Assembly: GCA_963575745.1 (NCBI GenBank)
Contig: CAUYUJ010000015.1
Location: 310,001 to 374,000 of the forward strand
Source: Prorocentrum cordatum
Lineage: Eukaryota
Length of the DNA: 64,000 nt
Direction of reading: 5' to 3'
Below are positions 37,933 to 52,025 of the stretch, one piece after another. Under the pieces are notes generated by a model. It worked only from the letters and a program-made list of their open reading frames with translations. It was not told the DNA's origin and searched no databases. Numbering within the stretch: position 1 is the first letter of the stretch; each line of letters starts with the position of its first letter. A program made the position numbers and the translations under genes.

Positions 37933-40202
37933 CTAAGTTGTCGGGCGTGTCTGATCCTTGTTCGAAGGCTGCCCGAAGTTGTCGGTCGTCGTCGTCGCTC
38001 GTCGTCGCTCGTAGCTTGTCGCCGAGAAGGAGGAGGATCGGGAGGGAAAGGGCAGTGGGGAGGAGGGACGAGGAGCAGGAGGAGGAGGAGGAGCAGGTTG
38101 TGGGATCTTGTCGAGGCTGGGCTCGGGCATGCCTCTTGTCCTGAGCAAATGTCAGTCGCAATCGTGCATTCGCGGGGGGAATGGATGTGAGAGGTACTCC
38201 CCAAAACGCCTGGGGGGGACAGACAGGTTTGACATCCACATTTGGGGCAGCAGTGATAAGAAGGGCAGCAGTGATACAGTGGCCTACGGTGGCATGGAAG
38301 TAGCTGTGCTGCTTATAGGTTTTGGGGAGCTTCGAGACGACTAACGAGTACGACCGACGACGACGACGACAACAAGGAGATAAAACGAGAGGAGGGAATC
38401 CAGTAAGTTGGTGCCGCCACGAACGCTGGAAGTACTAGGGACTGATCCTTAGGGTAAGGTAGCTAAGCCACGCGCCATGGAGACCGCGCAAGCGGCAGAG
38501 GTTGACGAGAGACAGGAAACACTTGCGGTGCATGGCGAGTCCGTGCTAGGAAAAGGTCCTCAGTGTTTTCGGAGTCAGGTTGCTAAGCTGCGGCGTGATG
38601 CACCGCTGAGATGAGCAGCTGAGATATAGCAAGGAAGCGCGATCTGCAGGGCGCAGATAGGATCTGCCACGAGCTCGAGCAGTGCCCGCGCAGGCCTGCG
38701 CGAGGGCAGCTGTGAGAGCTGAGGGCCCAGAAGGCGGCCCAGAGCGGCACACGAGGGTTGGGTCAGCCGCAGGAGCCGAAGGCCAAAGAGGCGGCCTGTT
38801 CCTGCAGGGAGGGCACCGGTGCGGGCTCGGACCTCAGAGTCAGGTCTGCGTGCACAGTCAAGCCGCGGAAACAGGGAACGCTTCGGGCCCAGGAGGGGCC
38901 CAGATTTTCGGGGCGTGCCTTGCAGTCGGACCGAGGTATGAGATCGAGGTCGGTTCGGGGAGGATGCCCCCATGTTCTTCGTGTCTGCTGGGCGTTCTGG
39001 TGCACCCTGAAGGGGGTGCCCTCGGAGGTTGTGTGTGTTCTGGCCGGCGAAGGGTCTCGTGCTCGTGAGGGATCTGGCCCAGGTCCGATTTCAGGTCGAG
39101 GTCGGGCCGAGGTTCGCCGTGGCCAGAAAAGCCCCGTCGTTCCTGGTTCGGCGTTCCTTCTGGAAGCGCGGCCGCTGCAGCGCCTGCAGCCCAGGGAGGA
39201 CCCGCGACGCCCGCGCAACGCTTCCTCGGCCTGACCGCAGCTTCCCCCGAACCTTCTGCCTCCATCCCCGTCCACCTCCTGCTTCTCGCCTTGCTGCTTC
39301 CTCCTCCTGCTCCTCCTCTTCCTCCTCCTCCTCCTTTCCCTCCTCCTCCTCCTCCTTTCCCTCCTCCTCCTCCTCCTCCTCCTCCTCCTCCTCCTCTTGT
39401 TCCTTCTCTGTCTGGAAGCCTGGCGGTCAAGAAACATCCGAGCAACTTGATCCTCGAGGATCGAAGGCAGCTAGCAGCTCCGGCTCCCCCTTTTCCATCC
39501 TCCTCGTGGTTCTGCTCCTCTTCTTAGATCGCCGCTGGCCCACGCGGGCGACCGCGCACGCAGGTCACGGTGGCGATCCAGGAAACCATCGTGCCGGACG
39601 AGTACGCGAAGCTGATGATGGACTTCGCCACGCGGTCCAGCCGCATCGCACCGCCTTTTGGGCTGGAGAGGATCGAACATCGATGTTTTGGGACGGTCGG
39701 GGCCTGCCTGCTGGCCCGCAGGCGCCTGGGAGAGCCTCCGACACCTCTAGGGAGCTCGGCAGCGCCCACCCTCGCTCCCTGCAGTTTCGAGCGCACGGCG
39801 GGGTCGAGGTGCACCCGAGCTCCGCCCCTTGGCTCGCGGGCGCCTTCGCCATTGCCCACGGTCACCCGCAGGGGCGCGAAAGCACTTTCGCCTCGCAGTC
39901 TGGACAAGAGGGACGCGTTTCTCCAGGGGCGGCGCGAGAACGCGAAGTTCGGCGGCTTGGTCCATTCGCGGGCACGCCTGCCAGCACCGCCCTCCCTTGA
40001 CGAGCCACTGGGTCGCTGCGGCCTCCGATGCGAAAGGTTTTCCCGGGCCCGCGCTTCGACTGGCAGGGAGGTCGATCGGGCTTGCGCGGAACAAGGGATG
40101 GAGCGTGTCAGAGAGATCGTGTCGGGCGAATTACCCCCCGTGCTGCGACTACGTCAACACCTAGCTATGTCTCTTGGTCTCTCCTCATGTTCCTCACCAC
40201 CG

Positions 40203-40203
40203 C

Positions 40204-40256
<53 letters not shown>

Positions 40257-40536
40257 GCATCAGCATCATCATCATCATCATCAGCATCAGCATCAGCATC
40301 AGCATCATCATCATCATCATCATCAGCATCATCAGCAGCAGCATCAGCATCAGCATCAGCAGTATTATCATCATCAGCAGCAGCATCATCATCATCATCA
40401 GCATCAGCATCATCATCATCATAATCATCATCATCATTATTGTTACTATCATCATCATCAGCATCATCATCATAATCATCATCATTATTATTACTATCAT
40501 CATCATCATCATCAGCAGCATCATCATCATCATCAG
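40203..40536. repeat. (CAT)n/(CAG)n microsatellite
   Basis: Directly visible. Confidence 0.95.
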
Positions 40537-43500
40537 CGCCAGGGAGGCGTAGGGTATTGCTGCATTGGGGCGCGATCATGGAAGGGGGGGTCTAACGAGC
40601 CTCTCACACGCTCAGCTCGCGCCTACAGGGGAGGATGGTGCCACGAGGCGGAGGCGAGAGGGAGGGCCAGAGTGGCGCTGAGGGAGGAGATGGAGGGTGC
40701 GATGAAGGCCGAGGGGGGGAGTTCCCCTATTCTGCACTGGCTGTGAGCATTTTGGGGGGGGGGCTGTCGTCGCCACGGCCGGATTCGCTTCAAGATCATG
40801 GTCAGGACTTGCCCTGGGACAGGGCCAGTGGTCGCCTGAGGCCAGGGCCCGGGCCCCTCAGGACAGAAGAACATAGAGGACAGATGTACAGAAGGACAGG
40901 GCACGCAAGGTTGCAGAAACACGGCAGAGCCAAAATCCATTCGGGATGGATTGATGAGAGATGGTTTAGGAGCTGCCCTTGCCCGCAGGCCCCACTGGGC
41001 CCCCTTCTCTCGCGACGCCTCGGCTGGCTGCGGCGGCACCGCGGCGCCACCTCGGCGTCGGCCGCGGGGGCCGAGGGCGGCGCCGCTGCTGGGGCGCGCG
41101 GCGGCGAACGCAGCGCCCGCCGGTGCAGCGCGGGGCGCGCTCTGCATGACGGCAAGTTGGGCTACGACGCGGGCGAAACCCGACTCGGTCTGCACCCGCT
41201 GGAAGGCAATGCGCTGGCCTTGGGCCGCGAGCCTGGTCTCGATTTCGGAGGCCGCTTCAGCCAGGGAGTCGGTCCTGGCCAGCTAGTGTTGGAGCTCCGC
41301 TTGCAGGCGTCTGACAGAGTCCACTAGTGCTGAGGCGCCGTGAATCGAAGTCGGTGAGCCTTTCGTACGGGCCACCGCTGCAGCAGTCGGCCCAGTTGCC
41401 GACGGGGTCCCAGAAGTCTTCCCCGAGGTCCTCTCCGCGCTCTTCTCTGGGCGGATTCTCGTCCTCGTTCGGCGGGCGCGGGGAAGCGGGGCGGCGGCGT
41501 CGCAGCTGAAACCGCGGGCGTCGCGGGTGCTGTCAGCTCTCGCCGCGAGAGTTTCAGCGGGGGCTTCGATGGGCCCGTGCAGGAGAGCGTGGAGTCACGG
41601 AGAATGTGGCCCGCGCACGAGAGGGTGGCTTGTTCTTTTTTTTTAAGGTCCAGCTTCCGCCCGCGCATCCGGCGATCCTGGCGCGGGCGCCGATGGCGGG
41701 CCGCGATCTGCAGCGCCCCGGCCGAAACGACGGTCGCCGTGGCGTCCTTGACTTCGGGCGCATTGGCCTTGTCGAGCGGTGTAATGGTCCACGGCTGCCG
41801 GCGCCCATGGACGGTAAACGTCGCGGTCGGTGCCGGCTTGACTGCTCTCGCGATGGCGAGGCGAGATTCGCTCGCGGGGCGCTGGCCGGTGACTTCGGCC
41901 TCCCCGCTCGCCAGGCCTAGCAAGACTTCGACATGGGTCTCAGCGGCCACCTGCTAGTGGATCCCCACTGGGCGGCATTTAGCGCGAGCTAAACCGGCTC
42001 CCGCGCCGCGGATGTCGAGAACGACCGCATCGGCCACAGCAGTGCCCTGGCGCCGTGAGATTGGCTGGGCTGGGCTTTGGCATGGGCATCCACGAGGGTG
42101 GCCAGTGGCCCCTCCCTGGCGCCAGACGATATAGTGGTCCTTCGCCGGGGCCGTCAGGCGGTGCGCCACCGCGAAAATTCAGGTCGGGAGTGGCGCCCGC
42201 ATGCATGACTTGGCGAGAGCCGCGCTGGCACATTGCGGAGCGGCGCCGAAGATCGCGTCGAGGCTGCGCCCACCTGCCACGGCGCTGTGGGACGTCAGAA
42301 TCGCGGGCGCCCCCGCGACGCTGCGCTGCGATGAACTTGTTTGGAAGATGATTTGCGCGGCGTCTTGTCGCCCAGGACATGCTTCTCGCCGATCTTGTTC
42401 GCGGCGTTTCACCGCCGGGCGGCGTCGGTCTGCTTCGGCCCCCCCCCCCGCTGCTAGGGGTGGCCCACGTTGATGGAGGCGGCGTCTCGTAGCTGTTCGA
42501 TGAACGGGATTTGCAGCGCGGGCGTCGCGATGGCGACGTGAAAAGCTAGCGCATCCACATGGCTGCCTTGGCGGTGTCGAGCCTGACCTCGGCGGCGCGC
42601 TGGAGGCAGCGCACCTCTTCCGAGCTTGGCTGGTAGACGACACCGTCGACGTGGCCGGGCTGCAGCTCGGCGCCCTTGGGCGCACTGCGGAAAATGGAGA
42701 TGGCCACTGCCGCGCGCGCGAGGCGCGGGTTCGTCGGCCCCAGCAGGCAAAGCGCTAGCGACGCGTCTCGGCGGCGAATCCGAGCCCAGAGCGCCTCGGC
42801 CTCCGCGCGCGAGAGACGCAGCTGGCGCAGCTGTCGCCCTTCTCGGCGCGGGCGGCGTTCGCGGCCATCGGCATGCCCCAGCGACTGGCGCCCCGGGCCA
42901 CGCGCGGGGCGGCGCCCTCAGCGCTTGCCGCGCCGGCGGGTGGCGGGCGGGGCGGCTGCGTCCAGGCCTGGGCCCGCCCACTCAGATGCGTCTCGCCGAG
43001 CGCGCCCAGGTCCGACTCACCTTGCCGCGCGCGCAGGTGCAGGCAAAATCGCCGAGGAGCTCATCAAGGCGGGCCCGGCGCCCCCAGCGCAGCTGGTCGA
43101 GGCGCCCAACTGCGAGGTCGGCGAGGTCGTCGCAGGCTGCGAGGCGCCAATCGGAGATTGCCCTCGACAGGGCGGCGACACAAGCGCCGCGCTGCGCCGC
43201 GGCGGCGTCGAGTTCGGAGGCGCGCTGCCATGGCGCCGGCGGCAGGGGTTGGCGGAATTGGGCGACGCGTCCGGCCCCCCGCCTGGGTCGGACAAGATCC
43301 GGCAACACAAGGCACGGGGGCGAGGAGGCGGAGCGCAAGCGGCAGGGAGAGGTAGTCTTTTCTCGTCGCGGCGCCGGCGAACGCGCGGCGTGGGGGAGCC
43401 GAGGTCGGCCTGCAAAATGACGATATGCACGCTGCGGAAATGGGAGAAGACGATGGCGGCCGCGGCGAGGGAATTGCGGGCAGAGGCGGAGCGCCGCGCA

Positions 43501-46500
43501 GGTCTTGGCGCTGGCGCGGCTGCCCAGGACCCACGTCGAAGTCGCGCGAAGTGGCTGCTCGCGCCGCGAGCAAGCGGGGATTTCGGCGCGACGCCCCTGC
43601 CGGCGCGCGCGAGGGGTGGCCACCCGAGGTGTTTTGGAGGAGACCGGGGCACTTCAGGGGCGCAAGATGCACGAAGCGCAAGTAGGGGGCGGGCTGCGGT
43701 TTGGGGCCAGGCAAAAAGGCTGCAGCCCGCCGTGGGGCGTCGGGGCCCGACGTGCACCGAGCTCGCCAGGCTTGCATCTGGCGCGCCAGGACCCGAGCGA
43801 GTTCCACGCAGTGCCGATGCAGGGCGCGGGCCACGCAGGGGAAGATGGGGGAGATCGAGCGAGGGACGGGGGCAGAAGGGCGGGGGGGCCAGGGGGAGGG
43901 GGCAGAGACAGAGGCAAGTTGAGGGAGGGAGGGAGGGAGAAAAATTGTCTACCATGAGAGAGGGGGAATGGGCCCCAGCCATGCGGGCGGCTGACGCCGC
44001 GGGGAAGGACGCCGCAGCAGTTCCGGACCAACGCGCCCGGCAATTTTTTGTTTCCTTGCACGGAGAGAACGCGCGGGCGGCGCCGCGGCGCCTCCAGACG
44101 CAGCGCAGAGGGGCGGGGGCGGCAGCGGCCTGTCCAGCCGCGGCCGCGGCTGCCTCCGCGGCGGACGCCGCGCAAGGCACCCCCGGCGCCGCCCCGCGCC
44201 CGCCGCCCGCCCCCCCCGCGCTTGCAGGGCAGCGCGGGCGCCGCCCGCGCCCTTCCGCCAGCGCTGCGCCGGCGGCCCTCGCCCCTCTTCGCGCGCGCCG
44301 CCCGGCCCTTCCCCATCGGGGGCGATCCCGCGAGGCCCCCCCCCCCCCGCCGAGCCGCAGCGCGCTGGGCTCGGTCGGCCGCCCCGCGCCGCTCCCCGAC
44401 GACCCCGACGGCCCCCCCCCGACGGTTGCGAACGAACCCCCCCCCCGACGCCCGCCGCCCACCCCGCCGCTGCGCCTGCGCCGCCTGCTCGGCGTCGCCG
44501 CCGCAGGGCCCGCGGCCTCGTCGCGCGCGGCCCCTCTCTCCCGTGCCCTGACCCGGCCTGTCGGCGCGCGGTTGCTGCCCCTCTTCTTCCTTCTCATTGC
44601 GCCCCCCTTTCATTCTTTCTGCCCCCTGCAGCCTGCGCCGCAAAAGGCCCAGTCCGTCGTCGAGGCCGAACAGGCCGTCGCCGCCACCCAGGCCGCGGGC
44701 GCCCCCAAGGCCACGCTGCTGCGCGACGCCCTCGCCATGCCAGCCGACGCGCTGGGCCCAGAAACGCTCGCGGACCTGGGCGAGGCGCCGAGGGTAGACG
44801 AGGAGCTCGACGAGCAGACGGTCGAGGCAGTCCAGGACGCCAAGGCCGCAGAGTTGTAGGCGTTCAGGGATCGCACCGCGGTTTTCGCCACCCAGCTGCG
44901 CGCGCGCCCGAAGAAAGCGAAGACGACGGCGCAGTCGGCGACGCAGGCGCAGACCCAGACGACTTGCAAGAGAGGGCGCCAGGAGAAGGGGGCCAGGCCG
45001 ACCCACCCCCAGGCGAGGCTGCTGCGCCAACCGGCGGGCAGCCAGCCACCGCGGCCGCCGCGACCGAGGCCCAGGCACCCGCCGGGGCCCGGGCGGCGGC
45101 GGAGCAGGAAGGCAGCCGAGGCAGCCAGGAACGCGGCTGCCCAAGAGGCCGCCAAACTGAGCATCCTTCAGCAGGCCAGGGGCAAGGCAGCAGCGCCCCC
45201 CGTCGCGACGGGGGCGAGCGCGCCTGCTTTTGCCCGCTGACGGGCACGGGGTTCCGGACGAGGCGGAGATGCCGAAGCCGAGAAGCGCTCGCCCAGGAGA
45301 GTCGCCATCGGCAACGGGGTCGGATTGCCAGCAAGTTTGTCAAGGAGTCGCTGCCCACGGACTCGCGCGACTCCCGCCCGCTGCCGGAGACGCATCCGCC
45401 ACGAGGGCCTCGATCCAGCGGAGAACGACCCGACGGGGCTGGGGCCTCAAGGCTCAAGCCCGCTTTTTCGGCCGCGCGACCTAGCGAGACCGCGGAGAAG
45501 GGCTCGCGGGGAGGAGTGGCCCTGGCAGCCTGCAACCGGCCCGAATCCGCGCGCTGCCGCGAGCCGGCCCAGCCTCGCCTCGAGCAGCCTCGTAGGCCAC
45601 CGCCGAGCACAATATTGTAGATAGTTGCCAGACTTGTAGACTCTGCAACTGGATGCCCATCACTTGGCATCTCGATGGGGTTAGTATCACTTTGGTGCGT
45701 CTGTACTTGGAGAGGCCAACTTCATTAGGAATATTGCTGCCACGCTTTCGTCCACGGGTGCATTCCTCCAATCCTGCTAGCTCCCTGGGATAGCTGCTGG
45801 AGACGCGAACGCGTTCCCCGAACAGCGTTGGAAGGCAGGCTGGCCTCATAATATCGGTGCCACTTTCGCTATCACACCCAAAGGTTTCACGCGTTTCGAG
45901 GAGTTCGCCGAGCCGCCTCTCGTCGATAACACTTCGATGACTCATGATGCGATCCCCGATGCTGAGAGTCCCGAGACAGCCTCGGCCCCATGTAAGTCCA
46001 AAGTTGGCCAGAGCTTGGCGAGCGCAGCGCTGGCGCCCACCCGCCGCTGAGTCACGCACATTCTTCTCGAGCGCCCCGCGGGGAAGGGGGCGAAGCCAGA
46101 CCCCGCCAGCGAAAGGCAACAACGCCCGAAAGAAAAAGCCCCCCACCCCCGCCGCTGCCGCCGCCGCCCCCCGCCCTCTCCGATCCTTGCCGAAAGAAAA
46201 TTCAAAGACCGGAAACTCACCCACCAGTGCGGGGGAGTTCTGGGGCCGAGCCCTCTGGGGGGCTCGGGCCAAGAGCCAGAGCATCCTGCTCGCCAGTCCG
46301 CCTGCGATGGGGGGGCCCTCCCGCGGCGGCTGGCTGCGCGACGCCGAGAGCTGCCAGGGGCAACGCTCGTCTTGATGTATTGGATTCGTCAGAGGCGGAC
46401 CCCTTCTTGGAGCTGGACGGGCCGGGTGGCTGGGAGGGCTTGGGCGACCCCGACGAGCCACCCCCGCCCCTCGAGGAGTTTGGCGATTTGGGGGAACATC

Positions 46501-49500
46501 GCGGCTCGCGCACCGAGGCCCCATTTCTGGAGCAGGGCTTGGGGGGAGGGGCGCGGGGGGCCTGGGAGCCAGTTCGGACTGGAGGGGCGCCCGCTGCCCC
46601 CAGCGCACTTTGCGCTGCAGATGGGGCGCAGCAGAAGCTCACGGGGGCCCTGCGACCGAGATGCCCGAGGAGATCTGGCGGGAGGTCGCCGCGTGCCATT
46701 CCCCCGAGCCAGCTCGTGCCAGACCACATCGCACGTTGCCCAGCTTTCCAGGTCTGGCCGCAAGGCTCGCTCGCCCTCGGTCGGGAGCACGGGGCCCTCG
46801 TCCAACGCGCGGGAGCTTTCTCTTTATAAGGCTCACGCCATGCCAGACAGAGCAGCGGCTTCCCGGCAGAGCCTTGAATTACCATCCTAAGATGTCAGGA
46901 GCGAGACGGCGTGGCTTGAGACGGCCTCGCACCTAGAGATTCGAGGCAGGTTGGACCGGAGCGGCCGACGCGCCCAACTTGCATTGCACCCCCGTCGGGG
47001 CGGGGGAGGGGGGGGCAGCGGCAGCGGCGGGAGCTTTGCAGCTTTGCCCAGAGGCTTTCGCAGAAGGCGCCCCTCTAGCAGGCGCGAGGTCGCCCGCCGA
47101 AGCGCGCTTCCATCCCCTCTTGTGGCGGCGGCAGCTTTCGGACGCTAGCGAGGTTGATCAGCGGATATTGTTTGGTTTGGCCCCCCATGCCCCCGATGAG
47201 CCCCCCGCGCCCGCGGCCGTGCACTGGGAGAAAGAGCTGCGCGAACGGGCCGACTGGCTCGCAGGCCCCGCCGAGGCAGCCCCAAGGCAGCCCCGCGGGA
47301 TCACGAAGCCCCCGCACCCGTTTTGAAGACGAGCTTGCGCGGGGCACGCGCGATGCAACGTCGCCACTGGAGATAGCAGATGCCACAACCGAAGTCTTCG
47401 AAGGCACCTGGCCTTCGGAAACTGCCGCGAGGGCCGACGCCGCAGACAAGAGCATCCTCCTGCCAACGGTCTGGGCGAGGAACTGGGCATTCAACTCCCG
47501 CCTGCCCAGGATATCGCAACTGCTGCGACCGGTCTCGAGGCTGCTGCCCGCTATCCTGACGGACTCCCACTCCTTGCTGCCGGGCATCTCCCCGACGCCT
47601 TTCCCTGCCGCTGCTCTGCCGGGCGCAGCCGATGCCGGGCGCCCCGCGCGCGGCGCGAGAATTTCCCACGCCCCAGCGGGCCAGGCGAGGAGCTGGCGGT
47701 TCAGCCCCCACCTGCCCAAGATACCGCGGCCATTGCGATTGGCGTTCAGAGCGCCGCCCGCCGCCTCGACCTCCGCGACCACATCGACGACGGCGAAGAA
47801 ATCGACCACGAGGTGGGCTTCGCCGAGCCCGCTGACCCTGGAGGACCCAGCGCGCCGGCCAGCTGCTACGTCGCGACCTCGCAGTTCGGCGCAGAGACTG
47901 CCCAGTGCGATGCCCAGGGCGGGGCCGACCTCGATCGGCGCGGCCAGATTGTCTCCCCTGACTACGGCGGCACAGCGCTACTTCCTGATGGCCTACAACA
48001 CAGCGATGGCGAGGCAGCGAACAATGACAGAGGCGACGCCGACGGCGGAGCGGGAACCCTGGAGCTGGCGACGCCGCCGGCGCCTGCGGCACCCATTCCC
48101 CTGGCGCCTATCGCCCTGAGCGATGCGGAGATCAACGAGGCCACGGTCGCTCACCATGCTTTCGTGGCCCAGGCTGGCAGCGACAACGCGCCCCACTCTT
48201 CCGAGTTCGTCCAATAGCTGCTCGAGAACTGCATGACGTCTTGGACCGCTCCGCTCGCTCGCAAACGCGGTCAGCGCTGACCAGGCGGACGCGGCCGATG
48301 ACGACGACTTCTGCCCCCCCGCCGTCGCGGCGGAAGGCAGCGCTGCAGCGGACCTGCAGCCTGCCGCTGCGCGGTTCGACGACAGTGAAGACGGCGACTG
48401 CGTCGACCTCAACGACCCGCTGGCTCCCTCCCATGAGTCGCTGAGAGACGGGGCCCGCCGCGCCAGCGGCGACGAGTGTGGCTGGGAGAATCCGCGCGCC
48501 GGGGTCGCTCACACCCCCCCTGCTCCTCCACCCCTGCTCTTTATAAATAACTCCTCCCTGTCGCGCCCCCGGAAATGTTCGCATTGGCTTGGCGCTTCGC
48601 CTGGGAATCCATCGCAATTTATAGTTCTGAAGTTTGACATATGCAACAGCTTCAAGGATGCGGGGCGGGCGTTTTCCAAATGGAATTTTCACCGTGGCGC
48701 CGCGCGCAATCGCACTGACGGTTTACAACGGCTTCCAGCATGGAGGGCGGGCCGTTTTCAAAACGGACCTCTCGCCTCACGATCGGGAACTTTTGGAGTG
48801 CGCGTCGCTCTGCCGGTTCTAACCCACCATGTTCCGGCGCGACACGTCATCCACGGCCCGGTCCCCCAGCGTCGACGCCCCGGGTTTTCCCCAGCCTGCC
48901 GCGGAGCGGAGATATGGGCTATCCGCTCGCATGGCGTAGCGTGTCGTTGGGGCCGCCTCCGCGACACGTTAAGCAAAAGTTCCCGACCGCAGCGCCGCGC
49001 TCATTCGTTTTGTCAGTTTGCAGCTGCTTCAACGATGGGGGCCGGGTCGTTTAAAAAGTGGGCCTATCGCTTTCGCTCTGCGAACATTCGTTTTTGTAAG
49101 TTTGCAGCAGTTAAAAGGATGGTGGCCGGATCCTCTTCAGAATAGAACGTGGCTCTTGCCGCAGCTCCACGCGCATTCGTTTCAAAGAATACAATGGTTT
49201 CAAGGGCTCGTGGGAATGACGTTCCAGTAATGGTGTTCTAACACGATTTTGGGGTTTCCTGAACGCAACAGTTTCGTGGATTCACCGCGTTGAAACCCCA
49301 ATAAAAGCGTTCGGGCTTGATTCAGGATTGTCAGGACGCAGCAATCAGGTTGATTCGCGGCGCAGAAGTTCCAAAACTGGTATGTTGACAAACATTTTTT
49401 GAAAGCGAAGGATGCCCAAATCCGATCAACGTGTAAAATCTAGAATTGTGGTTATGCAGCCCTCCTTTTGTCTTGGCGAGGCATCGGTTTCCCGTTTGGG

Positions 49501-50302
49501 ATCATCCATGGTTGAACGCATTAATTGTTTCAACTATTTGGACGGTTGTCTTTCAATGGGCCATTGTTTTGCAATGTTTGTTGTATAAGCGCTTAGGAAA
49601 AAAAGGGAAATTAGAGGCAAGGTTTGGTGCAACATCGTTACTGCGTCTTGGGTTTACACTGGTCCTCCTGATCCTCCTCCTTTTGCTTCTCCTCCTACTC
49701 CTCCTCATCCTCCTCCTGACCCAACTACTGCTCCCCCATCCCCCGCACCATCTCCGATTCCTTCCCCCCATCCGCTCAAGCCTCCAATCGGCAACATCCC
49801 AACCTACTTATACTATATGTGCGTCGCCCCCCCAGGGGCGACGCACGCACCGAGAAATCTTATAGTATATGCGTCGTGGCGGGCGCTTTCTGGCCACACC
49901 GCTCGGGAAACGATATACTACAAGATGGGTATACTATATGTTCGGGTCGGACGCGCGCCTCCAAGGAGGACATATAGTATTAGTATGTCCATGTGCGTCC
50001 CATCCAGTGCACTATTGCATCACGCTCGCGCTGCAGTGGTCAGAATGTGTTCCGTTTCAGATCGACTGTTCTGCGCCGCGGCGTCACCGTTCCGTCTCCC
50101 GCGGGGCCGCGCCCCGGCGCGCATGCGAGCGCCACGCCCCGTCCCCTCCACCCCCCCTCCATTCCCTTGCCCTCCTTTCTGCTCCATGGAGCGAAATCCC
50201 GCTGAGTCCGACGACACTCCCCTCCCCCCTTCCTGATTTGCCTCCTCCCCCTCCTCCCCCTGCTCACCTTCCTCCTCTTCCCAGTAGTTCGCGCAGGAGC
50301 TC

Positions 50303-50340
<38 letters not shown>

Positions 50341-50989
50341 CACGACGACCGCCCTGCCCCCGCGAGGTTCACGAGCCAGTGCGGCGGGAGGCATGTGGCC
50401 GTGCGGAGGGTCCCCCCCGTGAAGGCGCCAGCCGATTGTACCCACGGAAGGGGGAGCAGGAAGAGCAGCAGGAGGGTAATCATTGATCGAGGTTGTTGGG
50501 CGCTTCGGCTTTTTGTTCGGGCCTCTGGGGGCGGACACCCCCTGGAGAAAAAGAGAAAGCGGACGAGGAGGAGGAGGAGGAGGAAGTGCAACAACAGTAA
50601 TGGCAGGGAGGAGGAGCGAGAGGAGAGAGGGTAAGCGGGAGGGCAGGTGCAGCAGCACGAAAGAGGGGGGAAGGAGGGGGAGACGGGGGATGATGAGGGA
50701 GTGAGGTATGGGTAAAGGGGGGAGGGAGGGAGGAAGGAAGGGAGGATGGGAGAATGGAGGGAGGGGAAAGCAGGGGGAGGAGGAGGAGGAGCAGGTGGAA
50801 AGGGGGTGGAGCACGTGGAGTAATTATGAGGAGGGTGAGGAGGAGGAGCAGCAGCAGCAGGAGCAGGGGGAGAAGGATGAGGAGGAGGATCATGCCCTCT
50901 CCATTCTCCCCCTTCCCACTCCCCCGGCGTTTTCCCTCAGCCCGGCCTCCTCGGCCTTGCGCCTCCTCCAGCGCCACCCGTTCCCCCGC

Positions 50990-51035
50990 TCCTCCTCCTC
51001 CTCCTCCTCCTCCTCCTCCTCCTCGTCATCATCAG

Positions 51036-51089
<54 letters not shown>

Positions 51090-51130
51090 TTGCATACTCA
51101 TCCTCATCCTCATCTTCATCCTCACCCTCA
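50990..51130. repeat. (CCT)n-(CAT)n compound microsatellite; a reverse-complement-type (GAT)n-(GAG)n tract lies at 51664-51772
   Basis: Directly visible. Confidence 0.9.
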
Positions 51131-51663
51131 TCCTTCCCCCACACACGAAGGCTTCAACACCTCCGAGGTGGAGGGAGTAAGCTTCCAAAGTGGATACGCC
51201 AAAGCCTCCCATCTGGAGGCGTCGGACACCCTCCAGGCTGCGCCCACCACCAAAGGCCTCGGGACCAGAGGGCTCGAGCAGCCTGCCAGAGTCCCCCAAG
51301 GTCCTTGGCAGCCTCCGAGGGGTCCCCCGCGAAGCCCGACTTTGGACCCATGACCCCCGCAAGCTCCTGGCCGAGAGAACGCCGCGAGCCCTCTGGGTCC
51401 TCCCCAGAGGCCCGCTGAAAACCTCGAGGGCCGCCAGGGAGACTTCCAGAATTTCCGAGGACGCCCCCCACCAACCCACCCCCCGGCTCTGACTATCTTC
51501 CAATGTCCAGGAGGGGTGAAGTGTGAGGGCGCGTCTGAGGAGGAGAAGGAGGCCAGGTCAGATCAGGGCAGACAGTCATCAAAAGGTTTTCGGCGAGAAG
51601 GCAAACGGGGGGGTGAAGTATATTTAATTGCAGCTCGTAGCCCCACGGAGGAGGAGGAGGAGA

Positions 51664-51715
<52 letters not shown>

Positions 51716-52025
51716 GGATGAGGAGGAGGAGGAGGAGGAGGAGGAGGAGGAGGAGGAGGAGGAGGAGGAAGAGGAAAGGCATGTCCTCCCGAACCATTTT
51801 GGCGAATGGACTTGCCTCAGGCGTCGTGCCCACAGTTGCTAAGTCCCTCCAGAGAGGGCAAGGGGGCGCGCGTTAGTCACGCCACTGGACAACAGGCCCC
51901 GAACAAGGCCCGAGCCAGCTTAGCACCGTCGACTCCGTGCCAGACGAGGCCAGGCTCGCTGTCTTGTCCAGCTTACTCAGGCGCATCATATACTGCAGAG
52001 TCATCACAGCTTTGACAGATCAGCA

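Noticed and set aside
40600..48700. GC-rich ORFs such as 42676-44859 and 43017-44597
   Set aside because: Arg/Ala/Gly/Pro-rich and open in several frames with no recognisable motifs; probably decayed TE sequence that I cannot assign.
51780..51812. HDV-like ribozyme 3' end (GTCC...TGGCGAATGGAC) upstream of a LINE ORF1
   Set aside because: There is no room for the P1, P3 and P1.1 elements.
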